This document shows positions 59,789 to 64,000 of a stretch of DNA of 64,000 nt, piece by piece; position 1 is the stretch's first letter, and the number at the start of each line of letters is the position of its first letter. Where the stretch lies: positions 1,674,001 through 1,738,000 of the forward strand of contig OZ025782.1 in NCBI GenBank assembly GCA_964019425.1, given 5' to 3'. The translations under genes were made by a program, and so were the position numbers. The DNA is from Flectonema sp. DT1601. Taxonomy: Eukaryota. The notes beneath the pieces are model-generated. The model saw nothing but the letters and a program-made list of their open reading frames with translations. It searched no databases and was not told the DNA's origin.

Positions 59789-60952
59789 ATGCAAATTAAT
59801 ATATCCTGCCCTGATTTAGGTTTTCCTGATGTTCTGTTTGTGAGTTCTGTTGAATCAACTGTGAGTGATGCACTACAAGTAGCAGTAACCGAGTGGGATC
59901 TTGATGGAGAAGGCGTTGATATTTATTTCGCTGGAGAAGTACTTAACCTCACATCACTACTTACATCCTACGGGATAGAATCTGATGTGGAATTGATAGT
60001 TTTGATTAAAACTTTTCGATTATTTAGTAAGCCTTGGTTCGTTGATGAAAAGATGAAAAGATCCATGTTAGAATGGTACAAAAGATTTCAACCAGATGAA
60101 TATTTAAACATTGAAGTCTCTTCTTTTATTGATAACGGAGTCTTTGTTTTCAGGAGGAGTTTGCTTCCTGCGGATGTTGTGAAGTTCTCATTTCATAATT
60201 CAGATATTGACGCCATGACTGTTGCTGATGATTTCATTTGTCGATCAAAATCTGTGTTGGAGATTGATTTATCGAATTTTTGTAGTTTTCAGACCATCCA
60301 GTGCGGGTTTATCTCTGACTGTCCCACTCTCACAACACTCAACCTATCTGGTCTTAGTAGCGTAACTGACATCGGTGGTGATTTTTTATTTTCTTGTAAA
60401 TCACTAAAAACACTCGATTTTTCGGGTCTTAGCAACGTCACATCTATCGGACATTATTTTCTTTATAATTGTACGTCTCTGACGGAGCTTGACCTGTCAA
60501 ATTTAAGTAGCCTAACTGCTGTTGGAAGTAGATTTCTGTGTGGATGTTCGTTTTTAAATGAAATAAATCTGCCAAACTTCTCAAAACTTAAAGCCATTGA
60601 AGATGGATTCTTGCATTGTTGCTCATCACTAAAAGAAATAGATCTTTCAAGCCTGAGTAGCATTACTGATATAAGAGGGTGCTTTTTAATGGGATGTTCG
60701 TCGTTGAAAGTAATCGACTTGTCAAAGCTTTCTGATGTTGAGATCATTGGAATTAACTTCCTTTGTAACTGTTCTTCACTTACTCTGATTGATATATCAG
60801 GGTTTTCCTTTGTCACGGAAATTGATTGTTCTTTTCTTGAAAATTGTTGTATGTTGCTATCTGTCATACTTCCTGAAGAGAATAAGAATTCTATCGTTGA
60901 TCTAATAAAGAAGGTGGCAAGTCGTGATCTTGTTTATGGAATCGGGTTGTGA
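59789..60952 (+). CDS. Ubiquitin-like domain plus Cys-rich LRR array (paralogue of 28902-30386)
   Basis: MQINISCPDLGFPDV parallels MQGIVRNPDCGFSDV, with the same FRLF..xWF linker and LDLSxLSxVTxIG repeats. ATG 59789 follows the acceptor-like TTCGCAG. Confidence 0.85.
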   Translation: MQINISCPDLGFPDVLFVSSVESTVSDALQVAVTEWDLDGEGVDIYFAGEVLNLTSLLTSYGIESDVELIVLIKTFRLFSKPWFVDEKMKRSMLEWYKRFQPDEYLNIEVSSFIDNGVFVFRRSLLPADVVKFSFHNSDIDAMTVADDFICRSKSVLEIDLSNFCSFQTIQCGFISDCPTLTTLNLSGLSSVTDIGGDFLFSCKSLKTLDFSGLSNVTSIGHYFLYNCTSLTELDLSNLSSLTAVGSRFLCGCSFLNEINLPNFSKLKAIEDGFLHCCSSLKEIDLSSLSSITDIRGCFLMGCSSLKVIDLSKLSDVEIIGINFLCNCSSLTLIDISGFSFVTEIDCSFLENCCMLLSVILPEENKNSIVDLIKKVASRDLVYGIGL

Positions 60953-61037
60953 ATTAAAATAAGTGCGCGTGTGTACGCAATTTTCATAATATTTTTCATT
61001 ATTATCAGGGGTTATCGAAAAAAACAACAATAACAAT

Positions 61038-62954
61038 ATGGATGACAAAATGGCTGCTGGCCTACAAAATATGACCACAGTCGACATGACTAAGAAAGAT
61101 GGCGAGAAGCTTAACATGACTTCAGATGAGATGAATCGATTTAAAGACTGCATGAAGGACCCAAAGTTTATGGATCTCTGGAACGACTACGCAGCAGAGA
61201 TATCCGATCCTGCAAATTTAAAAGAACAAGAAGAGTATTTAAAACAAGTTGAACGAGAGGCAAAAGATCAGGGAGACCATTCCTTCACATTTATATTTCC
61301 AAAAGCTAACTTCTGCGTAAAGTTAAAAAGTAAAGAACGCGTTTATATTAATATTTGTGACGATGAAAAGGTTGATGAACCAGCAGAAGAAACAACAGGA
61401 AACGTTCAAGCTAGTAGTTGGAATGTCCCTATCTCTCTTGGAAAACCTCGACACGAAATGCACAACGAGAAGCCTTCTGTTGTAGTCGATGCTTGTTATC
61501 ATCCAAAGTCAACATACTTAGCAAAAATGTCAGATAAATTCATGGTCTTCTTGGTTGAGATAGCTGTTGAAAATATAAACCATTCCTACATAAACAAAGA
61601 ACCTGAATTCTTAATAAAGGAACAGCTTCCGATGCAGTTTTCACGAGTTTCAGTCTCAGCTGTTGGTAACCCGGCAGCACAAACCATCAGGATAAAAGCA
61701 GTTAAGGGAAGGGAAGGAGAAATCGTTGTTGAACAAAAGAAAACTCCTGAAGTTTCCAAACCAAACGAGTCTTTCAGCAACGATGATGAATTTCAAGACC
61801 GTCTAAAAGCATCAATGGGCAATGCTTCCGCCAAAGAGCGCATTCGTGCTAAGAAGGAAGCCGAAAACACAGCAAGGCAAGCTGCTGAAGATGCTCGACT
61901 CACTGCTATCCGTGAACGTCGTGAACAAGAAGCTAAGAATGCAGAAGTTTTTAAGAAGAATCTTGCTGCTGCGTACGGTGGAGATTCCAAGAAAAAAACA
62001 GCTGACAATAAGAAAAAGTACACAATTCTTCATCAGGGTGAAGTTGGGTATCAAGACTGCTGGAACACAACAGAAAAACCTGAAAGAGCACTTCCCAAGT
62101 CGCTGAGAGTACAAGTATGTAATTTATTCAAGACAGTATTCTTAAAGAAACATCATACAAAAAAACGAAATACAGATACCACTCCCGACTGTATCTAAAG
62201 TATCAGAACTTACTATGCAGGTTGAGTCAAAATTAATCCTCCTTTCGTCTGAGAAGCTCGGTATGCTTTTATTTGGTTACGTAGGCCTATCTTGAGCGTA
62301 GTTGAGATTTAACAAATTAATATAACAGAAATTAATGAAAATATTCCCCTGCCATACGAAATCGATCCGGATAGATCTGCTGCAAAGTTTGAGAAATCAA
62401 AGAAGGTTCTCACCGTTACGCTCCCTGTCGTTCAAAAGAAGTCTGACTTCGAAATAAATTTCAAAAAAGAAAAACGAGAAGAGATGACAAAGTTTAGTGA
62501 AGAAGCCAAACAACAGGCGGATGAAGAACGCAGAGAGAAAGAGGAAGAACAAAAACAGATTAGAGATATAAAAGAAGCAGAGGAAAAAGAAAAACGAGAA
62601 AAGGAAGAAGCGGAGAATGCAAGACAGAGGGAAATGGAAGCTGCATTGGAAGCTGCTGCAAAGGCAGAGCGAGAGCGAAGAGAACTTGAAAAGAGAATTC
62701 GCGAGCAGGAGATGGAAAAGAAGCGAAGAGCTGACTTAGAAGCAAGACTCGGTGAGCTAGACTCTGCACGCCTCGATATGCATGCGCGAGAGGAGCTACT
62801 TCGACAGGAAGCCGTCGAAGAACACGATTCGATTATGAATAAAATTAGAAAAGAAATTGAAATCACAAAAGACACGATCTCACTCGCCGCAACTGCAAAG
62901 CGCAAACGGGACGAACTCCCATTCCAGAGTTCACTCATTCACGAACTCGACTAA
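61038..62954 (+). CDS. DNAAF2: Kintoun/PF13 axonemal dynein preassembly factor (PIH1 plus CS domain); introns 62115-62175 and 62261-62328
   Basis: KDPKFMDLWNDYAAEISDPANLKEQEEYL, VYINIC and WNVPISLG. The spliced CS domain reads LPYEIDPDRSAAKFEKSKKVLTVTLPV, and the protein ends LIHELD (about 595 aa). Confidence 0.85.
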
Positions 62955-63292
62955 ACAAATTAATTAATTCTTTCTTTAAAATAATAATAAAAAAAATCTT
63001 GTGAAAACAAGAACTACATAAGTCCGTTTCTGTTTTTATTCCCTCTCAAAAAAAAGCAGCGATGCGACAAGCTTCTCTTTAGGCCTGAAAAAGGGGAGTT
63101 ATTCCCTCGGTGATAGCCGTTGCATTTTTATGTTTCATCTGTTATGTTATCTTCCTCTCTCCTCCGCCTTAACATTTTTTTTTATTAAAAAAAAATAAAA
63201 TAGCTTGAGTCGTCGCGACTGATCAGTTCTTTTGATGAGCTCAGCGATGGCATTTTCATCTTGTTGCCACTTTTCAACTGTGTTGTGAGCCA

Positions 63293-63325
<33 letters not shown>

Positions 63326-63505
63326 TTTGACAAACTTTAAAATCAATTCGTTCCCTTGGATTCCGCAGTTTAGTTTAAACATTTTTCTTTTTTAATATTC
63401 AGAAATTGTGATAATATGATGAACTTTCTTCTTTTTTTTTATTCGTGCCTCCTCTCTCAGACTACTTTTATTGATATCATCAACTAACTCAGTACACATC
63501 CAAAC

Positions 63506-64000
63506 ATGGCTCGGAGATCCCGACGTTTGGAAGAGCAGATTGGACATTCTGCTGCACAGTCTGGGTTTATGACAGATACGAATACATATGAAGACATCGG
63601 AAGTAGCATCAGTCATGAGAACATTCTCGGAAAAGTCAGATTTGACAGGGAAGAATCTAAAAAGATGGAATCTAGCGTGACCAGCAACAGTACCGTAACA
63701 GAGATGTATAGTTCTTACAACGCATCGACTGCTGAAGATATTTTAGCAAGAATGGATCCTTTAGAAGCGATGGATGATGATACTGTTTGTACTGACTTAA
63801 CAATTAGTATTGATTGCCTTACAGTTGAGAGTACTTCTCCTCAAACTGGTTGGTATTGTGTTGAAGGAAACATTATTACCACATCGAAACTTCAATCACT
63901 TCGAAGAAGAAAAGGAATGTCAGCGAACAAGTCACCAGTAGCTTCATTCAGAACTGGTATGTCGCAGTTCATTGGACAACGATGTGAGTGGAAGAGTCCT
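63506..64000 (+). CDS. Hypothetical protein, 5' part (runs off window end)
   Basis: ATG 63506 (MARRSRRLEEQIGH...) is open for 165 codons to the window edge. It is absent from the ORF track because it has no stop. Confidence 0.7.
   Translation, partial: MARRSRRLEEQIGHSAAQSGFMTDTNTYEDIGSSISHENILGKVRFDREESKKMESSVTSNSTVTEMYSSYNASTAEDILARMDPLEAMDDDTVCTDLTISIDCLTVESTSPQTGWYCVEGNIITTSKLQSLRRRKGMSANKSPVASFRTGMSQFIGQRCEWKSP

Noticed and set aside
1..64000. tRNA, spliced-leader RNA, C/D snoRNA or transposase/reverse transcriptase genes
   Set aside because: None recognised by eye. tRNAscan-SE and Infernal would be needed to exclude divergent ones.

Overview
AT-rich eukaryotic genomic window with about 28 protein-coding genes, all on the + strand. 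Genes are separated by homopolymer-rich (polyA/polyT) spacers, and 10 of them carry 15 short GT-AG introns reconstructed by hand. Unidirectional gene order plus cis-introns, AG acceptors just upstream of start codons and flagellar genes point to a euglenozoan, most likely diplonemid-like (inference, not proven). Recognisable genes: two tandem phosphagen kinases with an N-terminal RIIa/DPY-30 docking domain, a WD40 protein, a cathepsin L-like protease, Canopy-like, an LRR-CaaX protein, TBC RabGAP, a GT-A glycosyltransferase-like gene with an in-frame TGA, kelch, SDR, two Ubl-LRR paralogues, a polycystin-2-like channel, inositol polyphosphate kinase, a zinc finger/PDZ Q-rich protein, KICS2-like, GBA2 (GH116), Maf, a degenerate TruD-like protein and Kintoun/DNAAF2. 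The most unusual non-coding signal is around a small OB/cold-shock-like gene (53951-54607). Downstream are four ~200-bp-spaced copies of a 19-nt stem-loop motif with covarying flanks, and upstream is one inverted copy inside a dispersed A-tailed repeat. Also present are a MITE-like repeat family, an isolated 18S rRNA fragment and a small protein with three YxxxxL-phi motifs. All family calls are by motif recognition from memory; no searches were run.
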